Below are positions 13,175 to 25,954 of a stretch of 64,000 nucleotides of DNA, piece after piece. Location: positions 7,254,001 to 7,318,000 of the forward strand of contig NC_043018.1 of assembly GCF_006345805.1 (NCBI RefSeq), given 5' to 3'. Under the pieces are notes generated by a model. The model worked only from the letters and a program-made list of their open reading frames with translations, did not search any database and was not told the DNA's origin. Source of the stretch: Octopus sinensis. Its lineage: Eukaryota. Position 1 is the first letter of the stretch; every line of letters begins with the position of its first letter. Made by a program: the position numbers and the translations under genes.

Positions 13175-13577
13175 GTTGACAGTATACAACCACTCCTTCG
13201 CTCCACCACCGTACATATCTCTCTGATATATTTAGAAATTTAATATTTCTGATTATCATTATTATTATTATTATTATTATGAAAAGTTTGCCTGTAGTAG
13301 ATTCATGAGATATCATACAACACCACCTGGTACACCTCCATGTTCTTGAGGTGAGTGCATCATAGTGTTCTTAAATTTTTTTATAGGGACTGGAGGAGTG
13401 TGGACTTTCCCTGTTTGTATACTGCACCAATTTGTTTCATTATGGGGTTTAGTTTCTCATTTCTTGTTTCATTAGTGTTTGCTTTTGTTGTGAATGATGT
13501 GTGTAATGTGAATTCTGTTATTTGATTTGACCTTAATCTAGTCTAGAATATGTTGTATAAGCTGTGTCATTTTAGAT

Positions 13578-13968
13578 TCTTTTCTACTCTAGGCACAAGG
13601 CCCGAAATTTTGGGGGGAGGGCGCCATTCGATTAGATCGACCCCAGTGTGCAACTGGTCCTTAATTTATCTATCCCGAAAGGATGAAAGGCAAAGTCGAC
13701 CTCAGTGGAATTTGAACTCAGAACGTAAAGACAGATGAAATACCTATTTCTTTACTACCCACAAGGGGCTAAACACAGAGGAGACAAACAAGGACAGACA
13801 AACGGATTGTCGATTATATTGACCCCAGTGCGTAACTGGTACTTATTTAATCGACCCTGAAAGGATGAAAGGCAAAGTCGACCTCGGCGGAATTTGAACT
13901 CAGAACGTAGCGGCAGATGAAATACCGTTAAGCATTTTGCCTGGTGTGCTAACGTTTCAGCCAGCAGA
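13578..13968 (-). mobile_element. SINE family B, tandem copies
   Basis: Two reverse-complement cores GGATGAAAGGCAAAGTCGACCTC. Confidence 0.9.
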
Positions 13969-14162
13969 TTATAAGAATCTTGTTGCATAGTGTGTGAAGA
14001 TTATTCTATTCTTTTATTGAACTGCTAGAGTCTTGTGCAAGATGTGGCTGGCCTTAAGAGTAATATTTTGGGGAGCAATGTATAAATATTATAACTACTG
14101 GTATATCTTCTGTATTCTTTTTACATATTTTTAAAAATTATACCATTATTATCATTATATTT

Positions 14163-14392
14163 GAGGTGGTAAGCTGACAGAATCATTACAGTGTTGGACA
14201 AAATGCTTAGCAGCATTTCATCCGTCTCTATATTCTGAGTTCAAATTCTGCTACGGTCAACTTTGTCTTTCATCCTTTCAGGGTCAACAGATTAAGTACC
14301 AGTCACACATTTGGGTCAGTGTTATTCACTAGCTCTTCTACCAAAAATTTCAGACCTTGTGCCTATTGCAGAAAGAGTTATTATTATTATTA
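14163..14392 (+). mobile_element. SINE family B with (ATT)n tail
   Basis: Diverged copy of the 1752 element. Confidence 0.85.
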
Positions 14393-14849
14393 TATTTGAC
14401 TTTTGCAATGTGAAGAAATCATCTTTGCTTCTTCCCTTCAAGACATGATTTATTCAAGACTTACAAAATGAAATTTTTCTTTGGAGTGCATGTTAAGAAG
14501 ATCAGTAATTGCCTGAAGAGGAGCTGTCCTCCAAAACCTGGCGGGTAGACAACAGAGATAAGAGCTTCATTTCACAAATTTTTCAAAATTTCATTTACAT
14601 GCATTACATTCTCACATCCAAAATGACAACTGCACACACTCTTACACTGCAATAATATAAAAAGAAAAATCACCGTAATGGATAAAGAAACAAAACAACA
14701 TAAAAATCAAAGCACACAACCAAATGCAGAAAATGAAATAAAGCAAATCTGAGCACTTTAGTGATTATTTAATAGAAGAAAAATGTCCCAAATACTTAAA
14801 TAAGTTTGCTCAAAGGCAGTGACAGACATAAGATTTACTGGTGGAGGGG

Positions 14850-14965
14850 AGATGTTGTTAACAGTACACTTATAAACTACATTGTTTGTTAGGCAATTTC
14901 CATCTAAAGGGCAATTATTCCAATTAACACGATTACAATTAGCATTATAGGCTAATGCTGACATA
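14850..14965 (-). mobile_element. Penelope-like element fragment (Cys-rich linker, start of GIY-YIG)
   Basis: NCNRVNWNNCPLDGNCLTNNVVYKCTV, homologous to the motif at ~23545-23630. Confidence 0.75.
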
Positions 14966-15035
14966 ATCTCTGTGTGTATGTATGTACGCATGTATGAGTG
15001 GATCATCATAATTGTCATCATCATCATCATCATCA

Positions 15036-15416
15036 TCTCTATATATATAAACAGCAAAATGTCTGTGTGTGTGTGTGTGTGTGTGTATATATCCTCGATA
15101 CAAATCCACAATTTTTCAGTTAGAGGGCTCCACTTTCTATGTTCATTCAAAACCGTCCAAAGGTGGTTGTGCACATCTTTACATTTCCCCAGTCACCCCG
15201 TAATGCCATTAAAAAATCAACAGAAGTGACTTTTTTGTGAATTTTCTATCCAAAACCCAATCAAAATGCCCGAAACTTGATACGCCAATTGAATGCCAGC
15301 TAGCTGTATGTGACTGGGCGGAGATTTGGACAGTACTCGCGTGTATGTGCGCACGCACGCAGCTGTATATCCATGCACTAGCACTGTGACCCGGCGTTGC
15401 TGGGTCATAGTGCTAG
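15036..15416 (+). mobile_element. Non-autonomous Helitron
   Basis: 5' TC, 3' hairpin GCACTGTGACCCGGC-GTT-GCTGGGTCATAGTGC then CTAG; inserted between A and T with no TSD. Confidence 0.88.
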
Positions 15417-15761
15417 TCATTGTTTAAATGTTTACTTATTTATGTCTGCATGGGTCAGACAGAGTTTGGGGAGGAGGAATTTAAACGGCTGGATGCCCTT
15501 CCTATCACCAACCCTCATTTGTTTCCAAGTAAGGTAATAATATTTCCCTTTGACCAGACAAGTTTTCACAGCAGATAGGAAACAAAGAATATCATTTTCA
15601 TAATGAAGGCACATGTTTGGGGAAGCAGAAACATACACATGCACGCACATATACAAGCACTCACACATACACATATATACACATATATATGTATAGCAGG
15701 CTTCTTTCAGTTTCCATCAACTAAATCCACTCACATATAATATTTACATTTAGTGCTTTAA

Positions 15762-16158
15762 GGCACAGGCCTGGCTGTGTGGTAAGAAGCTTGCTTACCA
15801 ACCACATGGTTCTGGGTTCAGTCTAACCGCATGAGACCTTGGGCAAGTGTCTTCTGCTATAGCTTCAGGCTGACCAAAGCTTTGTGTGGATTTGGTAGAT
15901 AGAAACTGAAAGAAGCCTGTCATACATATATATATGTGTGTGTGTGTGTGTGTTTGTGTGTCTGAGTTTATCCCTTCCACCATCACTTCGCAACTGATGT
16001 TGGTGTGTTTACATCCCCGTAACTTAGCAGTTCAGCAAAAGGGAGCAATAGAATAAGCACTAGGCTTACAAAGAATAAGCCCTGGGGTCAATTTGTTCAA
16101 CTAAAGGTTGTTCTCCAACAGCATGGTCGCAGTCAAATGACTGAAACAAATAAAAGAA
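15762..16158 (+). mobile_element. SINE family A, near full length
   Basis: tRNA-like head, CORE-like CCTTGGGCAAGTG, central microsatellite, tail CAGTCAAATGACTGAAAC. Confidence 0.9.
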
Positions 16159-16535
16159 TTTATATATATATATATATATATATATAACTAAAAATAAGGA
16201 TGTCTGAGAGACACCACCATGCCGAAATAGCAGCCAAATCCCTGACTCTAAAAACCACGTTAAATGTTCGTATTGCACCATGAGATAAGACAGAGGGGGC
16301 AAAATAGACTAGCAAAAAATATTACTGAATAATTCAAGATCCCAGATTTCTAGCTTTGCTTTAAATATTTATTTATTTATCATCATCATCATCATCATCA
16401 TTTAGTATCCATTGCTGGCATGGGTTAGACAATTTCATTGGGATTGGTAAGCTGGAGAGCTGTACCAGGTTCCAGTGTGATTTAGCTTGGTGTCTATGGC
16501 TGGATGCCCTTCTTAATACCAACCACTGGGTGCCT

Positions 16536-16576
<41 letters not shown>

Positions 16577-18446
16577 ATACATAATTGACACATATATAAT
16601 GGGCTTCCTCACAGTTTCCATCTATCAAATTCACTTGCTAAGTAGTGATCAACCTGGAAATATAGTAGAAAACACTTTCCCAATGTGCTGTGCAATAGGA
16701 CAGAACCCAAAACCACATGGATGCAAAGCAAACTTCTTAACCACGTAGCCATGCCCACACCAGTTTTATCAAGAACATTCTAATTTTCCCTCTACATTTG
16801 GTTTAAAACATTAATGTTCCTAAGTCCATTAATCTAACCTTTCAAGACTTTAACAATTCATGTTCATAAATTAAATTCTTGCAATGCTGTGTAAGTGCAG
16901 AAATTCTAACCTTGAGAATAATTCTACAGCTGATGGAATCCTTAGTCTTATATGATATTAAATAGATTTAAAATTCAATAATAGTAAATCCAAGTAGATT
17001 TCATGATATCAGGATCTGTTATTTTACATGCAATCTATCTGCATGTCTAATTTAGGTTTGTAATTGCTATTAGTAAAGCTTCCATAATTATTATTCACAT
17101 TTATGTATCTATTTATTCATTGTGGAATTATATGTAACGATGTAGTTTATCTCAACAAATCTTCTATTGAATTTGGAGCCAGCATTGAAAGTTATGGCGT
17201 TTGGGATATGAATATATCTCTGTAAACAATGTGATCGAAGATAGGAAAATAGGTGATGAGTGTATATGGATATTTCAAGAGTTATTGCTGTTTCTTCAGC
17301 ACCACATTCAATCCATAACGATGTAGTGTGATCAACATGAGATTTCTGTCCAATATTGGTTTGTGTGGATGGATGGATGGATGGATGGATGGAGTGAAGA
17401 AAGCTTTGGTGGTTAGAGGTGTTGGAACGTGTGAGGCAAGGGAGTTTATTAAAGGAAAGTTTGGAGAGTGTTTGTGGACGAATTGATGTTGCTCAAAGGG
17501 GTACGGAACCAGCATGATGTGGCGGGGGTAAACCAGTATATGCTGTCAGGCCCCACTGCTGATATTGGGGGTTGCTTTCTATGCCTTGACCCAAGCATGT
17601 GATGGGGCTCACCTCCTGGGAAATGAATGGAATGCCTGGTGTGTGTCTTGTTATGGCTACCCCCTCCTCTGGGGAATTTAGGCCTTGGTATGTGAAAAGA
17701 AGAAGAGATTTTGTGTACTGCACAGGTGCAGCAATAGGTGCAGGCGTGGCTGTATGGTAAGAAGTTAGCTTCCTGACCACAGGTTCAGTCCAACTGTGTG
17801 ACATCTTCATTATGTGTCTTCTGCCATAGCTCCATGCTGACCAAAGCTTTGTGAGTGAACTGAAAGAAGCCCACTGTATATACTGATGTATGTGTGTGTG
17901 TATAGGGGGGTATGGGTGTGTACACAATTGAGCCCGCAGCCAATTTGTCTCTGCCAGGCCTTCCCCCACACTATCATACTTCCCTCCATCACTCTTCTAA
18001 CTACTGCATTATTCTGCTACTGTAATTAAATGAGAGCAGAACTACATATTTCATCTTCGTTCTTTGCTTTCTGCTACCAATTATCTCTGTTTCTCCCTGG
18101 AACTACATCCCTTTAACACCCATATCTCATTCTTAACACCCTCATGTAGTTGCCATCAACTCCCAAACCCAATTTTGTTTGGTACTCATGACATTCATCC
18201 CTATGGCAGAATTGTTAGCATGCCAGGCCAAATGCTTAGCAGCATTCCATCCGTCTTCACATTCTGAGTTCAAATTCCACCAAGGTCGAATCTACCTTTT
18301 ATCCTTTTACAGTCAATAAAACAAATACCAGTTGAGCACTGGTGATGATGTCATCAACCTACCCCCTCCAATTTGAAACCAATATTCTACCCCCTATATA
18401 CTTCTGATCTCCTCCATCTCTGTCACTTTGTCTCTTATTCTATTAA

Positions 18447-18802
18447 GTTAAGTTAATTTTTTGGCTCAAAAAGCAAAAAGCAAAGCCATGTAGGGGGACA
18501 TGGAGTTATGTACAGGGTGGGTGTTCATGCAAAGAGTTCAAGCCATTTCCGGTCAAGAGAGACTTTGAACCGAGCAGTCGTCGGCATCTTCACTATCTCG
18601 TCCAGCAGCTTATTCCACGGATCTGCAACCCGGACGGAGAAAGCCCCTTCCTTCGATTGAGATGAAATCATCGCAGATAGAGCTTTTCGGAGTGACTCCG
18701 CAGCCGACGCTCTGGAGCAGGAGTGAAGAACAGCTCTTTCGAGAGGTTACACTTTCCGCTTATGATGTTGTGAGCAAGAATGAGATCACCATGACGTCAT
18801 CG
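18447..18802 (-). mobile_element. CR1-like LINE 3' end
   Basis: HGDLILAHNIISG...RLRSHSEKL...FSVRVADPWNKL...FKVSLD; short (TTAAC) tail; TATTAA at both flanks. Confidence 0.85.
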
Positions 18803-19015
18803 TATTAATTCATTAGGATACCTATTACTAACTAAATTCTGTTTTATGTTTTAGATTTCATTATTTAAAACTTCATTTGTGGATGAAAATTTAACTCTTC
18901 AGTGTTTAGACTGGTCATAACCAGTTGAAAATTATTCCCCTTTATTTGTTTGTTCCAGCCAAATCTGACTGAATCTGATTTCTCTATGAAATCGTTAAAA
19001 AAAAATAAACAAATA

Positions 19016-19420
19016 GGCACAGGAGTGGCTGTGTGGTAAGTTGCTTGCTTAACAACCACATGGTTCCGAGTTCAGTCCCACTGCGTGGCACCTTGGGCAA
19101 GTATCTTCTACTATAGCCTCGGGCCGACCAAAGCCTTGTGAATAGATTTGGTAGACGGAAATTGAAAGAAGCCTGTCATACATATGTATATATATGTATG
19201 TTTGTGTGTCTGTGTTTGTCCCCCCAACATCACTTGACAACCAATACTGGTGTGTTTACATCCCCGTAACGTAGCAGTTCGGCAAAAGAGACCGATAAAA
19301 TAAGTACTAGGCTTACAAAGAATAGGTCTTGGGGTCGATTTGCTCGACTAAAGGCGGTGCTCCAGCATGGCCGCAGTCAAATGACTGAAACAAGTAAAAG
19401 AGTAAAAGAAAGTAAAGAGT
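19016..19420 (+). mobile_element. SINE family A, full length
   Basis: Close match to 27545 and 28862. Confidence 0.95.
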
Positions 19421-19568
19421 AAATCACATTATTGAATTCTTGTAGTTTTGAGATAATGTGAAATAAAGCCTTTCCTGTCTTTATCCAAGTAAAAATACCA
19501 TGAAATGTTTGAGACTTGTTGATTTTTACAACATTCAAAGAGAAGAGTACATCTTAGTTTTTAGTGAT

Positions 19569-20960
19569 ATGGCATCAGCAAGTTGCGATTCCGACTTTGA
19601 AGGTCTTGACGATGTACAAAATATAAACGAATCATATTGACATTAATGACTCATCAGACAAGGAAGATTTTGATAATGGAAGTGATAAAAATGAAAATGA
19701 TGGAAATGGTGTTGAAAACATTACGGTAACATAGTTGAAGATTACTACATCAACTGGGTGGAGGCGCAATGGCCCAGTGGTTAGGGCAGCGGACTCGCAG
19801 TCGGAGAATCGTGGTTTCAATTCCCAGACTGGACATTGTGTGTGTTTATTGAGCGAAAATACCTAAAAGCTCCACGAGGCTCCGGCAAGGGGGTGGTGGC
19901 CACCCCTGTTGTACTCTTTCACCACAACTTTCTCTCACTCTCCCTTGCTGTTTCTTGAGTAACGGTGCGATGGACTGGCGTCCTGTCCAGTTAGGGGGAA
20001 CACATACACCACAGAAACCAGGAAACCGGGCCCATGAGCCTGGCTAGGCTTGAAAAGGGTGACGTTTATTGTTTTTACATCAACTAGAATTGCCAATTTC
20101 ACAGAAAAGACTAGTCCACAATACAGTCTACCACACAATGTGCTCAACCATTGGACTATTTATTTTAAATTTTACCGAAAAGTTTTTTGAAACTGTCACG
20201 GTGGAAACAAATAAATATACCCAATGCATAATTTCTATTCATGGAAAACCCAATCCACTATGGCACCCAACTGATACTGTGGAAGTTCCAGGTTTTTTTT
20301 TCTATAAACATTATGTTTGGGATCAAGCAGCTTCCTCAACTGTGGAACTACTGGAATCCCGATATAAGGTATTATGATCCATATATCTCAACATTATGTT
20401 TAACTATAGTTAATTCATGCACGGATGCAGCATGGATTTTTGTCAGTGAACAGGTCGCGGATTTTAGCGATGAAAATATTTTGACAAATTAAACTTAAAT
20501 GTTGAAGTGAATCGAACGGCTTTTGGTGTGTTTCTTAAATGGCTTACAAACACCTTCAACGCTGCAATTGTTTTCGTTTCAGCACACGATCTCAGATCAA
20601 ATCACTTGCTATGCAAGTACATCTCTGTAATTCCTATATTGTTTATGTAAAAAGCCACCAGGTACCTCCACCACCAAAGGACTACGACCATTTGAAATTT
20701 CGGGTTGACATCATATCTCAGTTACATGAGGGCTTTTCTTCCAGGAAGCACAGAACAAGGAGAAAAGCCAAATTAATTGAGGTGGATGTCAACAGAGAAA
20801 ATATTGACTGAAAAAATGAATGGAAGGTAAAAAGTTTGTTGACTGTATTCACTGCAAAAAAGAAAAACTGCGAAAGGATATCAGGTTGAGACTTCATATA
20901 TATGTTCGTTTTGCAAAGTGCCTTTGTGTAAAGGGTGCTTTGGACATTTTAAAGGTACAA
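19569..20960 (+). mobile_element. Decayed piggyBac-like transposase, interrupted by other repeats
   Basis: Acidic N-terminus MASASCDSDFEG, EKFFETVTVETNKY...WHPTD, NSYIVY...DHLKFRVDIISQL and a C-terminal Cys cluster (CIHC...CSFCKVPLC); central DDD domain missing. Confidence 0.75.
19759..20075 (+). mobile_element. SINE family C with target-site duplication
   Basis: A/B boxes; TACATCAACT duplicated at 19746 and 20076. Confidence 0.9.
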
Positions 20961-21052
20961 ATATGGCATTACTATATTTTGTTGTTTGAGAGTAATACTA
21001 TCCTATATTCCTTTCATTTTATTACAAATAATATGTGAAAGTGAAAAATACA

Positions 21053-21460
21053 TTTTTCTTTTCTACTTGTTTCAGTCATTTGACTGTGGCCATGCTGGAG
21101 CACCGCCTTTAGTCGAGGAAATCGACCCCAGGACTTATTCTTTGTAAGCCTAGTACTTATTCTATCGGTCTCTTTTTGCCGAACCGCTAAGTTACGGGGA
21201 CGTAGACACACCAGCATCGGTTGTCAAGTGATGTTGAGGGAGGGGGGCAAACACAACACACAAACATACACATATATAAATATATATACATATATACATA
21301 TATATGACGGGCTTCTTTCAGTTTCCGTCTACCAAATCTACTTACAAGGCTTTGGTCGGCCCGAGGCTATAGCAGAAGACACTTGCCCAAGGTGCCACGC
21401 AGTGGGACTGAACCCGGAACCATGTGGTTCGTAAGCAAGCTACTTACCACACAGCCACTC
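21053..21460 (-). mobile_element. SINE family A, full length
   Basis: Reverse complement of 19016-19420. Confidence 0.95.
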
Positions 21461-21815
21461 TTTCAGTATGTTACACACCTGTATTCACCTTTACCTCACC
21501 TGTTAATGAGCTTTTTTTATTAGATGCATTTCGTTATGTAAATGTATTCATTAAATTGTATAAGAGTACAAAGCTAATGGTACATTGACTAGTAAAAGAG
21601 TTTTGTACTTTATTTTCAATGAAAATGTTTGAATGAAATATAGAGAAAGAATAAAATATTGTCTTGATCATACCTGTATTTTAATTAATTCAAATTAATG
21701 CACCTCATCTTGAAAAGTGGCAAAATTATTGGTGGTTGACATCTGGGATAATTTTAGTAAATTGGCAAATTACAGGAAAGATCAGTGACTGAACTAACTT
21801 GACTGTAGCAGTAAT

Positions 21816-22006
21816 TGTTACATGTGTGTCTGGAAATTTCTTGAATTTGAACTACTGGAATGTTCTGGAAAACTCCAGCATTACCCTGATAAAAGCAGCT
21901 TGCAGACCCAGAGGTTTTCTCTTAGACTTTCTTTGCTTGGAGCCAATCACATAGGGGTCACCAAATATGTTGGTTCTCATGCTGGGAATCAAACCTGGGC
22001 CATCTG
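21816..22006 (+). mobile_element. Short LTR-like sequence followed by antisense tRNA-Glu 3' half
   Basis: TGTTA...CA (21816-21963) with internal GATAAAAG; TGGTTCTCATGCTGGGAATCAAACCTGGGCCATCTG at 21971-22006. Confidence 0.55.
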
Positions 22007-22011
22007 TTGCT

Positions 22012-22055
<44 letters not shown>

Positions 22056-22132
22056 CACTCAATGCCTCCACCTCTTCCTCCATGATCCACTTCAGTTATC
22101 ACCTCCCCCTCCATCACAATATATCATCAACC

Positions 22133-22555
22133 GGATCTCTTCGGTTTGAACGGCAGTTTTTTCTAGCGGTGTCATATGAAATTGTCACCCATAATTATGA
22201 CCCTTGTATCGATCTATTGCATTTCAATCTGTTTTAGGGTTAGGATTAGGGTTAGGGATGGAGGGAAGGTTATCTTTTTTTTTTTCACAAATGTAAATAA
22301 ACCCAATCTGTTCTTAAACAAGGGACATATTCATACGGCACAGAATGTTTTTTTACCTCAATGGAGGTCAGTGATTAGTTGAAATTGCAGAAATTGAAGA
22401 AAAAAAACAACAAATATCTTACAAGCAATAGAATTTTCTCAATAAAGCCAAGAGAAAAAGATGCTTTATAAACACATTCTACCAGTATATGAATTTAAAA
22501 TGTTTTAGTTACCTAGAAATTATGTTAAAAACTGCCATTCAAACCGAAAAGATCC
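22133..22555. mobile_element. MITE with ~28-bp TIRs and 8-bp TSD
   Basis: GGATCTCTTCGGTTTGAACGGCAGTTTTT / AAAAACTGCCATTCAAACCGAAAAGATCC; TSD CATCAACC / CATGAACC. Confidence 0.9.
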
Positions 22556-23240
22556 CATGAACCAAGCCACCTCGCACCCCCCACACACATACACACACCA
22601 TTCACTACATTCACTCCTAATCCAGTACCTAACCATCTCCCACTCTCCTCCCACACTTTTGCAAACTTTACCAATTTGTTCCACCCAATCCTTTGTCTCC
22701 ACTCTCTCTTCCGTCCCCCTTCTTGTACCTTGAAAGTACGTCCCCAAATGCTGTCAATACCATTTTTATCTCCCTTTCCAGCTCAATCCCCAGTTACTCC
22801 CTCCTGCCCCTATATAATACATAGCACCCATATATCTCTTGTATTGCAACTTGTCCCTGTTGCTCTATCATATTTTTTAATCTCTCAAGTCCCAGCACAG
22901 AGCTACATTTCCCTCTGTTGTATTCCCATTCAGTCAATGTTACAAAGTGACTTAATTTTTTGATGGTGCCATGACAAAAAAAGAAGAACCCAGTACACTC
23001 TGTAAAGTGTTTTGCATTAGAAAGGGCAATTTAGCCACAGAAACCATGGCAAAAGAAACTCCACACAGCCACCCAGCTTGCCAGTCTGTGAAGAACCGGC
23101 AGGGAAAGCAGATGTTAGAAGACAATGATGATAATATTGATGATTATGTGTGAGTGTGTGTGTGTATAAAATATAGATAGATAGATAGATATACTCAATA
23201 TACATAGATATATATATATACTGCATACTAGTATATATAG

Positions 23241-23273
<33 letters not shown>

Positions 23274-23299
23274 CATATTTACATACATATATGTATATA

Positions 23300-23330
<31 letters not shown>

Positions 23331-23332
<2 letters not shown>

Positions 23333-25140
23333 CTTATTCTAAGCAGCAGAAAATTCAACAAAATCTGTTAAGGAATTTTGAGATTAGTCTCTAAGCATTT
23401 TAAGCAGGGTCATAAATTCTACAGAATATTTAATAGAAGAACCCTGAAGGTTAGCTATTCTTGTTGCAGAAATTTCGCCTCTTACATTAGCCAACATAAT
23501 AGGAAGCTAATTGAGATTAGACATGGGCCGAGCCCATTAAGAAATGTAATTGCAAAAACGAAAGCACCTGTCCGTTAGAAGGGAAATGTCTAGTGAAAGG
23601 AGTAGTTTATAGAGCCAAGGTGCAAGTGGAAGGCTCATCGGAATACAAGACATACACAGGGGCTTCAGAAATCATTAAAACAAGATTTTATTCTCATAAG
23701 AATTCTTTTAATACCCAGAGAATAGGAGAAAACACCTAGCAAAATATGTCTGGGAACTAAAGAAAAGGAAGCCCCACCTTTCAACGTGACATGGAGCATT
23801 CTGGACAGGGCGGCACCATACAGGCATGGAGCTTACAAATATAATTTCAAGTGCAAAGCTTTGCTTATTAGAGAAAATGCACATCTTATTCAAAGACAAT
23901 AATTCTTTGAATCAAAGAGTGAGTTAATGAACTTATGTAGGCACGCGGCTAAATTTAAAATGTCGAATATAATATACCATATGGATAGAGTATATATTTT
24001 GTATTTTGATTTTTTGATTTTGATTTTGACTCTTAAGCGCTACGACGGATCTATAGCAAAGTCTTATTGTTTCTACATAATATAGGAAACCTACAAACTT
24101 TGTTTTCATGTTATTGATTGCATAGGTTTACCTTGATTATTTATATTACCTTGATTATTTATAAATGACCCAAAATAGGATGTTATATTTTATTTATATG
24201 TCTTTCGTATATATTTTTTTTAATGCACCCATTTTTAAGCATGTTTTTTTTTTTTTAAAAAAAAGCATGTTTTTTTTAAAAAAAGCAATGTTGTCAAAAT
24301 TAGATGTTTATATAAGTATATGTATAGCAAGCATATGTATTTGTAACATCGTATCTGTGTATTGTGTAAGTGAAAGTATGCTTGCTTAAGCACGCATACA
24401 CACGACGGTATGTATATGTATCAATTCAAACTTGTGTATGTATAACTGGCCTCTATATATGCCAATAACATCGCTACAAGTTTCCCCCCCCTCTTCGTTC
24501 CTTTTTCTCTCTTTCCCTTTCTTTCGTCCCCCTCCTTGCTCAGTATATGAGAATTGCTACATAGATGAATTTTAGCTTGCGTGCGAGACGGTTTGCGTGA
24601 ATATATGTACACATGCTTTATGTGTATAATTTAGATTCATATTCATACGTCTGTATATGTATGTATGGCGTTTACGCGCATCCTTTGTGTATGTTGATAT
24701 ATATATGTGGATTTAATATAAATATGTATTGCAGTATTTATAACCGGTTTAATTTCATGCATAATTTGTACTGTCTTCATTAACGGCAATAGGTTTCTTT
24801 CCTCTGTTTTTTCCTCGGATTTTTATAATTTTTATAAGTTTTTTTATATATATATACATATATTTTTGACCTTTTGTTTATCGCTCGAAGATTGACCGTT
24901 TTTTTCTAAAGGGTCAATCAAACAGTCCATTTCTTTTAAAGGTGTAGCGTTTGTAAGAGTATAGATTGAATTAATATATAAGTTCCATTCTAGCAAAACT
25001 GTCTGATGAACGGCAACGAGAAACTCAGAGTAACAGATTTTTGTGATTTTCTGCTGCTTAAAAAAAAGCATATTACTCTACACTGTATTTGAGTACTCTT
25101 TTTTTCCACCTTGTTTCACATTTATGTGTTTACTTACTCC

Positions 25141-25142
<2 letters not shown>
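23331..25142 (+). mobile_element. 5'-truncated Penelope-like element (probably Naiad group): GIY-YIG remnant, long 3' region and terminal repeat
   Basis: KHFKQGHKFYRIFNRRTLKVSYSC...HN, CNCKNESTCPLEGKCL (CxCx5Cx5C), VVYRAKV...YTG, LAKYVWEL, LCLLEK, SELMNLCRH; frameshifted; flanked by (TA)n. Confidence 0.9.
24999..25036 (+). ncRNA. Minimal type I hammerhead ribozyme motif
   Basis: ctgt-CTGATGA-acg gcaa cga-GAAAC-tcaga-GTA-acag; predicted cut after 25032; the base of stem II is an A.A mismatch. Confidence 0.75.
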
Positions 25143-25181
<39 letters not shown>

Positions 25182-25236
25182 TATATATATATACACACCC
25201 ACATACGTACATACATGTGTGGGTGGTGTGCTTAAA

Positions 25237-25267
<31 letters not shown>

Positions 25268-25954
25268 GATATATACTACACATACACACTATACACGTGT
25301 GTGTGTGCATTTTATATATATATGTACATATATAGAGATTTATATATATATATATATATATATATTATTATACGTTTATAGATATATAATATATATATAT
25401 AATACGTATATATATATATATACACACACAAACACATATATATATGTATGTATTAATACACATACACACTGGCATATGCATATACACGCATGCATCAAAC
25501 CTACAAACCTGCCTATTGTGGAACACTCACACATCCATCCAATTGCACAGTTTTATTCTGCAGCTATGTGCAGTAAAACTGACAGCTGCACTTTGCCCAT
25601 TAAGTGATTCTCACTGCAATATAGCTGCAAAGAGTTGCGGCCAATGATGCAGTGCATTATTATTGATGGTGTGTACTGCATATTAAATAATGCACATTAC
25701 ACTTGCAGATTGTTATCAAGCATGACATTAAGAGGATGATAAAGCAGAGGTGGTGGTCGTTGATGGCAGCAGAGAATAATGGGGAATGTATGGAAGGCTG
25801 GTATTATGTAAGAATATTCATATAGGTTTGGATTTGTGGTTGGGGGGGGTTAAGAAGCTCATTTTGCAGCCTAGCAATCCCATGTTCGGTTCTACTGTGC
25901 AGCACCTTGAGCTGTTAATGTCTTCTCAGATGCATTCTGGTATAAAAGGTTTTT

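Noticed and set aside
23545-23590. Selenocysteine recoding reported for some Naiad PLEs
   Set aside because: All four motif cysteines are TGT/TGC, and I saw no SECIS-like element.
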